Shown: positions 19,987-30,696, counted from the first letter of the stretch. The stretch: 46,189 nucleotides of DNA from an uncultured Acidobacteriaceae bacterium (GCA_964246645.1 CAXTRN010000001.1:1-46189), one strand, 5' to 3'. Notes: generated by a model not told the origin, from the letters alone. Translations and numbers: made by a program.

Positions 19987-20027
19987 CAGCACAAAGGGCA
20001 CCAGCATCGCCGGTGCCCTTTGTGCTG
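19987..20027. terminator. Bidirectional terminator-like hairpin between convergent genes
   Basis: Perfect 16-bp stem CAGCACAAAGGGCACC / GGTGCCCTTTGTGCTG with a 9-nt loop. Confidence 0.7.
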
Positions 20028-20085
20028 CCACGTTTTGTGCTGCCACGTTTTGTGCTGCCACGTTTTGTGCTGCCACGTTTTGTGC
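20019..20085. repeat. 15-bp tandem repeat (TTTGTGCTGCCACGT) x4 plus a partial copy
   Basis: Identical units start at 20019, 20034, 20049 and 20064; partial unit at 20079. Confidence 0.95.
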
Positions 20086-20092
20086 CGCTACC

Positions 20093-20653
20093 TTACGCGC
20101 GGCTCATGTACGCACCTTCCGCGGTGTCAACCCGGATCTTTTCGCCTTCATTGATGAAAGCCGGCACCTGTACCACCAGACCCGTCTCGGTCTTGGCCGG
20201 TTTAGTTACCGAGCTCGCCGTGGCCGACCGGATACCCGGCTCGGTTTCCAGCACCGTCATCTCTACCGAGGGTGGCAGGTCGATGCCCACAGCCTTGCCA
20301 TCATAGAAACTTACCGAAACCGGCAGATTGGCGGTCAAAAATTCCACCGCATCCCCGAGCACGTCGTGCTTCAGGTTGGTCTGCTCATAGTTTTCCTGGT
20401 CCATGAAGTAGTAGTCGTCGCCGTCGTTGTACAGATATTCCATCTTGATTTCGTCCACGATGACACGGTCGATCGGGTCAGGCGAGCGGAAACGCTCCAC
20501 AAACATCGATCCTGTGCGGATATTGCGCAGCTTGGCCTGAATGAAGGCGCGCAGATTGCCGGGCGTCCGATGTTCAACGGAAAAAACCAGATGAAGATCA
20601 TCTTTGAACTTAATAATCATGCCGGGACGCATCTGCGTGGCGGGTATCGCCAT
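20093..20653 (-). CDS. efp: Translation elongation factor P
   Basis: HRTPGNLRAFIQAKLRN, YLYNDGDDYYFMD, KPAKTETGLVVQVPAFINEGEKIRVDT; CAGGAG RBS. Confidence 0.96.
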   Translation of the reverse strand: MAIPATQMRPGMIIKFKDDLHLVFSVEHRTPGNLRAFIQAKLRNIRTGSMFVERFRSPDPIDRVIVDEIKMEYLYNDGDDYYFMDQENYEQTNLKHDVLGDAVEFLTANLPVSVSFYDGKAVGIDLPPSVEMTVLETEPGIRSATASSVTKPAKTETGLVVQVPAFINEGEKIRVDTAEGAYMSRA

Positions 20654-20789
20654 ATGGGACTCCTGTTGGAAATTGAAGATTAACCAATCAACTCAAACGC
20701 GCACTCGCCTACTTCATTGCTTGCAAGCTGAAATCGCGTCCTGAGTGATTGTAGTGCAAGTACCCGGCACGCCCGTTCGTTGTACACGA

Positions 20790-21779
20790 TCAGGCGTGTG
20801 GGTGAAAAAGGCGATGAAAGAAGCGCCGCAAGGCTCCGCCAAAGCCACGGTCTGTCGAAGCGTCCCTCGGGCCAGCAGGTACACTGCCCGGCGCGGCCGC
20901 ACCCGCGGCACCCACCGGCTCCGCTGGTCCGGCACCATAGGTGGGCGGTGCATTTTGCCCTTCGCCATAGTTGAAGGTGGTACTTACCTGCGAACTCGCC
21001 GTACCCACCGGGGCCGCGTTTCCTGAAGCCGCGTTTCCTGAAGCCGCGTTTTCTGGAGCCGCGGCCGGGGCGAGTCCTTCACTCTGCGCTTGTGGAAAGG
21101 GGTACCTGGCTGCGGCGGCCTGGGCCGGGGTCATCGGTGCGCCGTTCTTTGCGACCACGCTCTGCGCGGCATTCGGGCACCCGCACGGTGACCGCTCCCG
21201 ATCCACCACGCGATGAAGGTCGCCCTTAACGAACAAAAGGTGCTGCCCCGGCAAAATGCGGTACCCTGCCGCTGAAAACGGATCGCTGACCGCCAACACC
21301 GGGGCGGTCGCGCCGCTATTGTCGATACAGGTATCACCTTCCGGCGTTACACGCACTTGCACATTGAGCGGCCCTTGGGTCACCGGTGTCAATTTCAGAT
21401 CGGGCGTCAAAATCACGTCCTGCCTCGTGCTGGGCGAGTGCACCTCAAACGCACCGCGGTCCAAACCAAAGATCAACCCGCCCGCCGTGCCGGACCGCAG
21501 TAGATGAAAGTCGCTTGTCGAGCAAACCAGCACCTCGCCCCCGCGCGCCAAGGCGATTGGGGCGGTGCGGTTGTAGGCCGTTACGCTGGCATTGGTCAGG
21601 AGTCGCGCCTGTTCACCGCGTACCTCCAGCCCACCCGTCACCCGCGCATCCCGCGTTGCCACGGTCCCCATCGGTGACTGCTGTGCATGGATGGGCCATG
21701 CAAGCCCCAGCAGCACGAAGGTGCCGGCACGCTTTCCTTGCCTCACGATCCCGCCGTTGAAACCCATGAGCCTACCCAC
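20790..21779 (-). CDS. Hypothetical secreted protein (beta-rich N-domain, Pro/Ala-rich tail, basic aromatic C-terminus)
   Basis: Signal-like segment, several Cys, C-terminal GFGGALRRFFHRLF. Confidence 0.72.
   Translation of the reverse strand: MGRLMGFNGGIVRQGKRAGTFVLLGLAWPIHAQQSPMGTVATRDARVTGGLEVRGEQARLLTNASVTAYNRTAPIALARGGEVLVCSTSDFHLLRSGTAGGLIFGLDRGAFEVHSPSTRQDVILTPDLKLTPVTQGPLNVQVRVTPEGDTCIDNSGATAPVLAVSDPFSAAGYRILPGQHLLFVKGDLHRVVDRERSPCGCPNAAQSVVAKNGAPMTPAQAAAARYPFPQAQSEGLAPAAAPENAASGNAASGNAAPVGTASSQVSTTFNYGEGQNAPPTYGAGPAEPVGAAGAAAPGSVPAGPRDASTDRGFGGALRRFFHRLFHPHA
21013..21063. repeat. In-frame 15-bp tandem repeat (GCCGCGTTTCCTGAA) x~3
   Basis: Units at 21013, 21028 and 21043 (third has 2 mismatches); encodes NAASG repeats. 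Confidence 0.85.
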
Positions 21780-21866
21780 GAATCCTTATCCTTCCTACGC
21801 TGCTGACATTCGACGAGGCATAGCTGCGGCTCCGCGTGTGGCTCGTCTCGATAAGGTTCAGCGTCA

Positions 21867-22448
21867 TCAGCCGTGCAGGAAATTCCCGATAAGTTGCTTC
21901 CCGCCCTCGGTCAATACACTCTCCGGATGAAACTGAACGCCTTCAAACGGCAAAGTTCTGTGCCGCAAGCCCATAATCGTGCTTTGGCCCACTACACGCG
22001 CCGACACCTCTAAAACTTCCGGCAAACTTGCTTCTTCCACAATCAGGGAATGGTAGCGTGTACAGGTCATCGGCTGTGGCAGATCACGAAAGATGGTCTG
22101 CCCATCGTGGTCGATCACACTTGTTTTCCCATGCATCAGTTGCGCCGCCCGCACCACCCTGCCCCCAAACGCCGCGCCGATCGCCTGGTGTCCCAAACAA
22201 ACTCCCAGCGTAGGAATCTGGTCTTCAGCCGGCAACGCGGCGAGGTGGCGAATCAGCGGAATCAGCACCCCTGCTTCCTGCGGCGTACACGGCCCCGGCG
22301 ACAGCAAAATCCGCTCCGGGCGAAGCGCGACTACCTGCTCCGGCGTTACCTCGTCATTGCGCTTCACGACGACCGCAGCGCCCAATTCGCCCATGTATTG
22401 CACGAGGTTGTACGTGAAGCTGTCGTAGTTGTCGAGCACAAAGACCAC
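21867..22448 (-). CDS. trpG: Anthranilate/aminodeoxychorismate synthase component II (glutamine amidotransferase)
   Basis: LDNYDSFTYNLVQY, LSPGP, GVCLGHQ, RYHSL, GVQFHPES; adjacent to trpE. Confidence 0.93.
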   Translation of the reverse strand: MVFVLDNYDSFTYNLVQYMGELGAAVVVKRNDEVTPEQVVALRPERILLSPGPCTPQEAGVLIPLIRHLAALPAEDQIPTLGVCLGHQAIGAAFGGRVVRAAQLMHGKTSVIDHDGQTIFRDLPQPMTCTRYHSLIVEEASLPEVLEVSARVVGQSTIMGLRHRTLPFEGVQFHPESVLTEGGKQLIGNFLHG

Positions 22449-22657
22449 ACCGACATTCTAACGGCAAGCACCCGACCCTTGCCGGCTCCGAAGGAATCGG
22501 AGGTGACCTCCCAAGTCTGACCGCATTTGCAAAGCTGCGGTGAACGAATCTTTGTTTGCCAGAAATCTATGCGGGAAACAAAGCTGGTTTTCGATGGCCT
22601 GTTTTCCGCCGTGTCGGTAAGGTCAAATCTGCGGGTTCAGACTTACATCGACGCAGG

Positions 22658-24190
22658 TCAACCTTTACGGGTTCGTTCGATCGCCCGCACCACCGCGCGC
22701 GCCTTGTTTCCGCACTCTTCAAACTCCTTTTGCGGCACCGAATCGGCCACCACGCCTGCGCCTGCCTGGATATACCCCCTTTCACCATCCATGAACAGTG
22801 TCCGGATGGCGATGCAGCTATCGAAATTTCCGCTGAAATCCGCATAGATGATCGCTCCGCCATATACTCCGCGCCGAGCCGGTTCGAGTTCCTCAATCAC
22901 CTCCATCGCTCGAATTTTCGGGGCGCCTGAAAGCGTTCCGGCCGGAAAACAGGACCGAAAGGCATCAAGAGGCGCCAAATCTGCCTTCAAAGTCCCTTCC
23001 AGCGCACTGACCAGGTGCATGACATGGGAGTAGCGTTCCACGAACATGAGGTCCTTCACCCGTACGCTGCCAAATTCGCTCACCCGCCCCAGGTCATTGC
23101 GTCCCAGGTCAACCAACATCACATGCTCCGCAACCTCTTTTGCGTCCGCGCGCAAACTTTGCTCGTGTGCGACATCTTCCTCCTCATCGGCGCCCCGCGG
23201 ACGCGTCCCCGCGATCGGCCGATACTCGACCCGGCCCTCCTTCACCCGCACCAGCAACTCCGGCGATGAGCCGACGATGTGACAGCGTCGAAGGGCATTC
23301 GGTGCTCCAATCCCCGCGCCCCCGGTCAATCCAAACCGCAGAAAATACATGTACGGCGACGGGTTCACGATGCGCAGCGATCGATAAATTTCAAAGGCAT
23401 CCACCTCCGGCACACAATCGAATCGCTGCGAAAGTACACATTGAAAGATGTCCCCTGCCGCGATGTACTCTTTTGTCTTATCGACCGCGGCGAGAAAATC
23501 TTTAGCCTTTGTGCGTGGAAAAATCTCCAACGGCCCTGAAATCTGCATCCGTGCCGGTTTTGGCAGCGCCGCTTCCAGCAAGGCCTCGAGCTCATCAAGG
23601 CGAGCCTCAGCGTCGTCAAAGGCACTCGATGCACCCTCAGTGGTCAAAGGCGCACGCGCCCCTGCCGTCACAATCAAGTGAATCGCTTTCTTCAAGTGAT
23701 CGAATGCCAGCACCTGATCGAAAAACATCAGGTGCGCGTCAGGTACGCGCAGCTCATCGGTCGCCAAAGCCGGCAGCCGTTCGATCTGCCGCACCACGTC
23801 ATAGGCGAAAAAGCCGACCGCGCCTGCGGTAAATGGGGGTAGTCCAGGCAATTTTGCAGGAATGTGCGCGGCCAAAGCTGCTTTTAACTCCGCAAAAATG
23901 TCCGCCGCGTACGTTTGCACCTTTCCGTTTTCGGCGACAGTGATCCTCCCATCCGCGGCCGTCAGGGTGCGGTACGGCCGCACGCCGATGAAGGTGTAAC
24001 GACCAATCTTCTCGCCGCCTTCCACCGATTCGAGCAGAAAGGCCTCGGTTTCCATCGAAGCCACGCGCAAAAAGGCGCCCACCGGTGTTTCCAGGTCGGC
24101 AGGAACAAGCCGTGTCAGCGGAATCAGCGTATGTGTACGTGCAAGCGTTAAAAACTCGCTTAAATTCGGTGTGGTCTCGCTCGCCGGCAT
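22658..24190 (-). CDS. trpE: Anthranilate synthase component I
   Basis: FLLES and NPSPYM (TrpE-type Trp feedback motifs), [36 protein letters not shown]. Start placed at ATG 24190. Confidence 0.93.
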   Translation of the reverse strand: MPASETTPNLSEFLTLARTHTLIPLTRLVPADLETPVGAFLRVASMETEAFLLESVEGGEKIGRYTFIGVRPYRTLTAADGRITVAENGKVQTYAADIFAELKAALAAHIPAKLPGLPPFTAGAVGFFAYDVVRQIERLPALATDELRVPDAHLMFFDQVLAFDHLKKAIHLIVTAGARAPLTTEGASSAFDDAEARLDELEALLEAALPKPARMQISGPLEIFPRTKAKDFLAAVDKTKEYIAAGDIFQCVLSQRFDCVPEVDAFEIYRSLRIVNPSPYMYFLRFGLTGGAGIGAPNALRRCHIVGSSPELLVRVKEGRVEYRPIAGTRPRGADEEEDVAHEQSLRADAKEVAEHVMLVDLGRNDLGRVSEFGSVRVKDLMFVERYSHVMHLVSALEGTLKADLAPLDAFRSCFPAGTLSGAPKIRAMEVIEELEPARRGVYGGAIIYADFSGNFDSCIAIRTLFMDGERGYIQAGAGVVADSVPQKEFEECGNKARAVVRAIERTRKG

Positions 24191-24356
24191 ACCGTTCATA
24201 GTATCCAAACCGTACATCTTTCGTGGGTTGCCAAACACCTTCCCACGGGCCTACGATCACCCGGTTTGGTCAGCCTTGCTGGCCGCGTACGTTGCAAACC
24301 TCGCTTCCACCCGGCCCTTGCCAACATCCAACAAGGGTCAGGTCAAGGAGGACACC

Positions 24357-25718
<1,362 letters not shown>

Positions 25719-25902
25719 AACAAGACATAGCAAGTAATGGCAGCATGTTTCCGGTCTTGATGGCCTTCACAGCTGGAAATTCGTTCAGCCGTGCGGTGTC
25801 ATCTCGACCGGAGGCGTGCAGCTGAGCGTCAAACCCTGCTTTTCAGGGTTCCAACGCGAGGTGATGCCGCGCCCAGGTTCTACCCTAGCGAGCCAGTTGA
25901 CA

Positions 25903-27273
25903 TCATCGGGGAACACTGCCGGGAGCCTGCAACGGCGCCGACCGGCGCACTGTCGTGCGGATCACGATGCGGGTATCGCGCCGCAAAACCGTCTCATCGC
26001 CACGCTTGATCCACCGGTTCCAGACAGAGATCGCAGCGCCGTAGTATCCAATGCCGGCCGCGACGTCGGTCCATCCCCCGGCCGTACCCACCAGAAAACC
26101 AACCACCCCGAGGCTGTTCGAGGCTACGGCATCTTTACCGAGAGCCCCGTCCCCGTGGTCTCGATCCAAAGGACGGCTGGCCAGCGCGAGAAGCAATAAC
26201 GGCACCACCACCTTATCCTTCGGCTTGGGCTTGACTTCCCCTTCGCGATCCAGGGAAAGGTTCGCGTCTCCTGTGGCATCCACGCCCGCGAGTGTGGTTT
26301 GCACCTGCTGCGCTTGCGTGCTTCCCGGAAGGGTAAGCTGGCGGAAATCGAACCGCAACTGCCCGGCGCGGCCAAGCCGCCGGGCAGCACGCACGCGGGT
26401 CACTTCGCCTTGTAACACCGCTCCCTGCGGCACGGTCACCGCGCCCGCCGCGTCCAGTACCGGCTCAGCGACAACCGCTCGGATCGATTGGCCGGGATGA
26501 ACCTTCGCAGAAGAAAGCGTATCCGTCAGGTACGCCTGCAATGTCCAGGTCGCTGGCCCCTCCGCCCTCGGGCCTGCACCTGCACCTGCACCCGCCACTG
26601 CCGGAAAACCATGCGGAGCGACGGCAGTTGTGGCCGTCATCATCGGCGGCAAATCCATAGCAGCCGTTGTGTCCACGGTCCACACCGTCCCGGCCACGAC
26701 CCGCTGCGGATGATACGGCAGCTGCGAGTACAACAAATGCCGTAAACGATCCCTTTTGCCCGGCGCGGTCACAACCCGTATACGGTCCTTTACCATGTCT
26801 ACGCCCATCGCGAACTGCTGGTGAATCAGCCCGCCTTTGCGCGGTGGCGGCGGCGTCAGTTGCAGAACGGGTGCTCCATCGGTGGCGGGACCGGCGGGAA
26901 TGGTTACCCGCGTGCCGTCCGGTAGGGAAAAGGCCCGAAACTGCACCACAGGATGGCTGAAGGGTGTGAAATCACCACGCAATCGCGCTTGCAGGCGATG
27001 CGACCGATCCGCCTCAAGCCCCACGATGCTTCCCTCGACGGCTGTGCCTGTCGGCAACAGCAAGCGGTTGTCGGCGTACACCGGGTACATCAGTTCGCCC
27101 TCCACCGCCTGGCCCACATGCAGGGGCAGATCGCGATTGGACCGAATCCAAAGCGGCGTTCCCAAAGGCAGGCTGACCTGTTCAGGTGTCACGCGAACCT
27201 GTTTTGCAGGCGCGGCGCTTTCCGGCACCCCTTGCATCGCGAAAAGAAGGGCAAATACGGCCAAATGCGGCAT
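25903..27273 (-). CDS. Secreted protein with two TrbI/VirB10-like beta-domains
   Basis: Signal-like MPHLAVFALLFA; repeated motifs LPLGT...PVY...LPTGTAVEGSI and LSSAKVHPGQ...PV...VPQGAVLQGEV. The family call is by resemblance. Confidence 0.68.
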   Translation of the reverse strand: MPHLAVFALLFAMQGVPESAAPAKQVRVTPEQVSLPLGTPLWIRSNRDLPLHVGQAVEGELMYPVYADNRLLLPTGTAVEGSIVGLEADRSHRLQARLRGDFTPFSHPVVQFRAFSLPDGTRVTIPAGPATDGAPVLQLTPPPPRKGGLIHQQFAMGVDMVKDRIRVVTAPGKRDRLRHLLYSQLPYHPQRVVAGTVWTVDTTAAMDLPPMMTATTAVAPHGFPAVAGAGAGAGPRAEGPATWTLQAYLTDTLSSAKVHPGQSIRAVVAEPVLDAAGAVTVPQGAVLQGEVTRVRAARRLGRAGQLRFDFRQLTLPGSTQAQQVQTTLAGVDATGDANLSLDREGEVKPKPKDKVVVPLLLLALASRPLDRDHGDGALGKDAVASNSLGVVGFLVGTAGGWTDVAAGIGYYGAAISVWNRWIKRGDETVLRRDTRIVIRTTVRRSAPLQAPGSVPR

Positions 27274-27400
27274 ACAAGGATTCTCGCTCAGAATACAGCC
27301 GATGGATCCATGACACGTCATCTCGGCTGAGAAGCGCTTTGCCGAAAGGGTGCTGACGACTTCGCGTTCTCGGGCTTCCCTGCATCGGTGTCAGAAAAGA

Positions 27401-27429
27401 TTGGCAAAGCGGTGACAAACGCGTGACAA
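27401..27429. promoter_or_regulatory. 11-bp-phased direct repeats, candidate OmpR/PhoB-family operator
   Basis: TTGGCAA (27401), GTGACAA (27412), GTGACAA (27423). Confidence 0.35.
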
Positions 27430-27540
27430 CTTCGGCAGGCGCGCGTTTTAGCGTCAGGGCATGCCTTGGATGTGCTTGTGCGTTGAGCAAAACTTCCGGG
27501 TAGATCCAGTCCTTCGTACCGCACCATCAGGAGCATTACC

Positions 27541-28635
27541 ATGCCTTTCACCGCCAGATCCTCTTTCAGCGCTGTTCTCGCGCTTGCCTCGGCCTGCACC
27601 GCAGTGGGTCATGCCCAGTTCACGCAGCACTACACGCAAACCGACCTCACCTCCAACACCTCCGGTGCGAACGTGGATTCCAATCTGGTGAATCCATGGG
27701 GACTTTCTCGTTCTTCCACAGGCGCATGGTGGACTTCCGATAACGGCACCGGCCTATCTACGCTGTACAACGGCGCGGGAGCCACACAGGCCCTCGTGGT
27801 TACCATTCCTTCTGCGGTCTCAGGAAAACCCGGCTCTCCGACCGGCACAATTTTCAACGCCACCACGGGCTTCGACGTAGCGCCCGGTAAACCGGCCGCC
27901 TTTCTTTTTGCTACCGAAGACGGCACCATCTCCGGCTGGAACCCCGCCGTCAACCCTAAAGCCGCCCTCATCACGGTGAACACGAACCAGGCATCGGTGT
28001 TCAAGGGACTCACTGCGGCTACCGTAAATGAGTTCGGCGGGCCAGCCAATTTCCTCTATGCCGCCGATTTCCGTAAAGGCAGAATCCAGGTGTACGACAC
28101 CAACTTCCGGCACGTCGCCAAAATGGAAGAACGCTTCGACGACGACCAGATGCCTCGCGGTTTTGCGCCCTTCAATATCCAGAACATCGGTGGCAACCTG
28201 TACGTCGCCTATGCCGCCCAAGGCGGTGGCAAGCACGACGAAGTCGACGGTGCCGGCCTCGGCTATGTTGACGTCTTCTCCCCCACAGGCAAGCTGCTTG
28301 TACGCTTCGACCACGGCAACTACCTGAATGCTCCCTGGGGACTCGTGCAGGCGCCCGGGGATTTTGGTGCTTTCAGCCATGACATCCTGGTCGGCAATTT
28401 CGGCAGCGGCGAGATCGATGCTTTCAACGCCACGACCGGCCACTTCGACGGCAAGTTGATGAATGCCGCGAACACGCCAATCGTCATCGACGGCCTTTGG
28501 GGCCTTTCGGTCGGTAACGGCACCGGTGCCGGCTCTGCCATCGCTGTTTACTTTGCGGCTGGCCTCAAGGGAGAGTCAGGCGGTCTGCTGGGCACCCTGA
28601 CGGCTGTGGAAAATACGCAAGGGAATGACCAGTAA
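27541..28635 (+). CDS. TIGR03118-family secreted protein
   Basis: YTQTDLTSN, DSNLVNPWGL, WWTSDNGTG, FLFATEDGTISGW, FAPFNIQNI, LNAPWG, IDGLWGL; CAGGAG RBS. Confidence 0.87.
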   Translation: MPFTARSSFSAVLALASACTAVGHAQFTQHYTQTDLTSNTSGANVDSNLVNPWGLSRSSTGAWWTSDNGTGLSTLYNGAGATQALVVTIPSAVSGKPGSPTGTIFNATTGFDVAPGKPAAFLFATEDGTISGWNPAVNPKAALITVNTNQASVFKGLTAATVNEFGGPANFLYAADFRKGRIQVYDTNFRHVAKMEERFDDDQMPRGFAPFNIQNIGGNLYVAYAAQGGGKHDEVDGAGLGYVDVFSPTGKLLVRFDHGNYLNAPWGLVQAPGDFGAFSHDILVGNFGSGEIDAFNATTGHFDGKLMNAANTPIVIDGLWGLSVGNGTGAGSAIAVYFAAGLKGESGGLLGTLTAVENTQGNDQ

Positions 28636-28671
28636 ATCGGAATCTGCTCGCAAGAGACCAATTTCGCTCAC

Positions 28672-28703
28672 CCGGGTTCGGATCCTCGAACCCGGATCTT
28701 TTT
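28672..28703 (+). terminator. Rho-independent terminator
   Basis: CCGGGTTCG/CGAACCCGG stem followed by ATCTTTTT. Confidence 0.75.
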
Positions 28704-28817
28704 GTAACGAAAGCCTTCTTCTTAAGAAAGGTCGATAGCAGGAACGCCGCTTCCACGCTCCCTTTGCGTCGCTTATGACAGAATGACTGTGTTTGCGCTC
28801 TGCAACCTGAGTCGACG

Positions 28818-29471
28818 GTGAACCTGCCTAATTCCATCACGCTGACCCGCATCGCGGCCGTTCCGGTGCTGATCTGGGCCTTGTCCGCGCATTCGCCGTT
28901 CCATGGCGCTCATGGCGAGCAGGAAATCTTCGCCTCAGCGGTCTTTATTCTGGCGTCGGTCACTGATGGCCTGGACGGCTACTTCGCGCGCAAACGCGGG
29001 CAAATTACGACCCTCGGCATGCTGCTCGACCCACTCGCCGACAAACTCATGGTTTCGGCGGCCTACATCGTCCTGGTCGCCTATACGCCCGGGATTGTGC
29101 CACCCTGGATCGCTGTTGTAGTCATTGGCCGAGAATTTCTTGTGAGTGGCCTGCGTTCCATCGCGGTGTCAGAAGGCTTCACCATTCAGGCCTCCGATGT
29201 CGGCAAGCTGAAAACCGTCATCCAGATCGTCTCCGTTGTCGCCGCTATCCTGAGCCACCGCTGGTATGAGTGGGATTTTGGCCCGATGGTCATCGGGGTG
29301 CATTTGATCGCCGTCACCGCTATCTACTGGATGGCTCTGGTTTCCATCATTTCCGCCGTCGATTACTTTATCGGCTTCTGGAAGAAGATCGACCACGCCA
29401 GCGATCGGCGCCGCAAACGGCGTTCAGCCGTACTTACACGCAGAAAACCTGCCGCCGAAAGCCAGGCGTAG
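28818..29471 (+). CDS. pgsA: CDP-diacylglycerol--glycerol-3-phosphate 3-phosphatidyltransferase
   Basis: NLPNSITLTRI, TDGLDGYFARKRGQITTLGMLLDPLADK, REFLVSGLR, GKLKT. Confidence 0.92.
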   Translation: MNLPNSITLTRIAAVPVLIWALSAHSPFHGAHGEQEIFASAVFILASVTDGLDGYFARKRGQITTLGMLLDPLADKLMVSAAYIVLVAYTPGIVPPWIAVVVIGREFLVSGLRSIAVSEGFTIQASDVGKLKTVIQIVSVVAAILSHRWYEWDFGPMVIGVHLIAVTAIYWMALVSIISAVDYFIGFWKKIDHASDRRRKRRSAVLTRRKPAAESQA

Positions 29472-29596
29472 CTGACTCGTCCCGACCAGTTCGGACTCTC
29501 GCAGCCCTTCAGTCTGTAGGATTCGCTTCTCTGCCTTGACTCACGGCAGTGCGCTCTGGGGGCATGCCCACGGGATGGATCTTGAAGCCGGCTCGC

Positions 29597-30352
29597 TTAC
29601 GCGTGCACCGCCCGACCATGGTTCTGGGCATGCACGAAATGGTAGGGAGGCCAGGGTCCCGAAAGTTGCATGGCGCAATCCTTCAGCTGCAGCGTCGCCG
29701 AACTGTACTTATTCTGGTAGCGCTCTACCAACTTTTTGTCGACCAGATGTGCAATGTCGAGCAGCATTTTCCCGGAAACCGTCCGCTTGCAGGTGATTTC
29801 TTCCTCTAAGGGAAGAAACATGCGATGCATTTGCACAGAAAGCGCCCGTGCCCGCGATTGCCGCTCGCGTTGCCGGCTCGCTGACTCACGCAGCTCGGAA
29901 AGATAAGCCTGCCCGGCAGCATGGCGGTTGCCGTGACCTGCCTTTTCAGCGCACACATCGTCGATCATCACCTTCAGATGCATCTCCGCCTTACCACGCA
30001 GCCGTTCGACATTGGCTAGAAAATGCTTCTGGTTGGAGCGGACCGATCGCCGCAGCGCCTCGTCATCCTCAAAACAGGTGCCAAACCGGAACGGCAACAC
30101 CGTGGATCGCGCGAACGTGGCCGCAATCACCCGACCGTGCTCACGGGCAGCGGCACCGGCATCGGGTCCGTTCAACCGGGCCGCATCTTCGGGCAGATGT
30201 TCTGAAACGATCACAGAAAGATCGGCGGCGGGAAAAAGAAAGGTTTGTCCGCCGAATAACCCGGTAACTCCCTCCAACGGCACCGGCCGGCGGTGATGGG
30301 CGAGTTCCGAAAAAGCCGAACGCTCCGCAATGCAATACGCGTACCAGGACAT
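29597..30352 (-). CDS. GvpL/GvpF family protein (no other gvp genes in window)
   Basis: WYAYCI at the N-terminus, EHGRVI...TVLPFRFGT, LLDIAHLVD, C-terminal SGPWPPYHFV; GAGGAG RBS before ATG 30352. Confidence 0.87.
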   Translation of the reverse strand: MSWYAYCIAERSAFSELAHHRRPVPLEGVTGLFGGQTFLFPAADLSVIVSEHLPEDAARLNGPDAGAAAREHGRVIAATFARSTVLPFRFGTCFEDDEALRRSVRSNQKHFLANVERLRGKAEMHLKVMIDDVCAEKAGHGNRHAAGQAYLSELRESASRQRERQSRARALSVQMHRMFLPLEEEITCKRTVSGKMLLDIAHLVDKKLVERYQNKYSSATLQLKDCAMQLSGPWPPYHFVHAQNHGRAVHA

Positions 30353-30696
30353 AGCCGTGTTGCTCCTCAACTCTGCCGGGCTCGCCCCGCCAGATAGATT
30401 TCAATCTCGAACAAAACAAAGCACAAATGGGCGAACACCAGGTCTGGCGCGTGCTGCAAAAGAAGGGCACTGTACCGATCGCGAGCCGATACTATGCCCG
30501 CTGTGCAACGATTGGCAAGAGATTTGGCCATGCGTCCTTTTTCAGCAAAAATCGTCCGCACGGCGAGTTTTCCGTCCCTCATCTGTCCTCAAATCGGACA
30601 CCGCATTTCCGTACCCGCCTGCTAGACTGAATCGATGTTCGGTATCGGGCCTTCCCCCTTTATCCGCACCAGCATCTGCGAAGGACGGAACCTTAC

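Noticed and set aside
20019-20085. Repeat array as a possible CRISPR
   Set aside because: Units are 15 bp, head-to-tail with no spacers, and there are no cas genes.
22658-24190. PabB instead of TrpE
   Set aside because: LLES and NPSPYM motifs favour TrpE, although the other trp genes are not in the window.
27320-27375. GAAA and CTGACGA close together, suggesting a hammerhead ribozyme or fluoride riboswitch
   Set aside because: Only 5 nt separate the motifs, so the required hammerhead stems cannot form, and the 5' GGCGATGG-type fluoride motif is absent.
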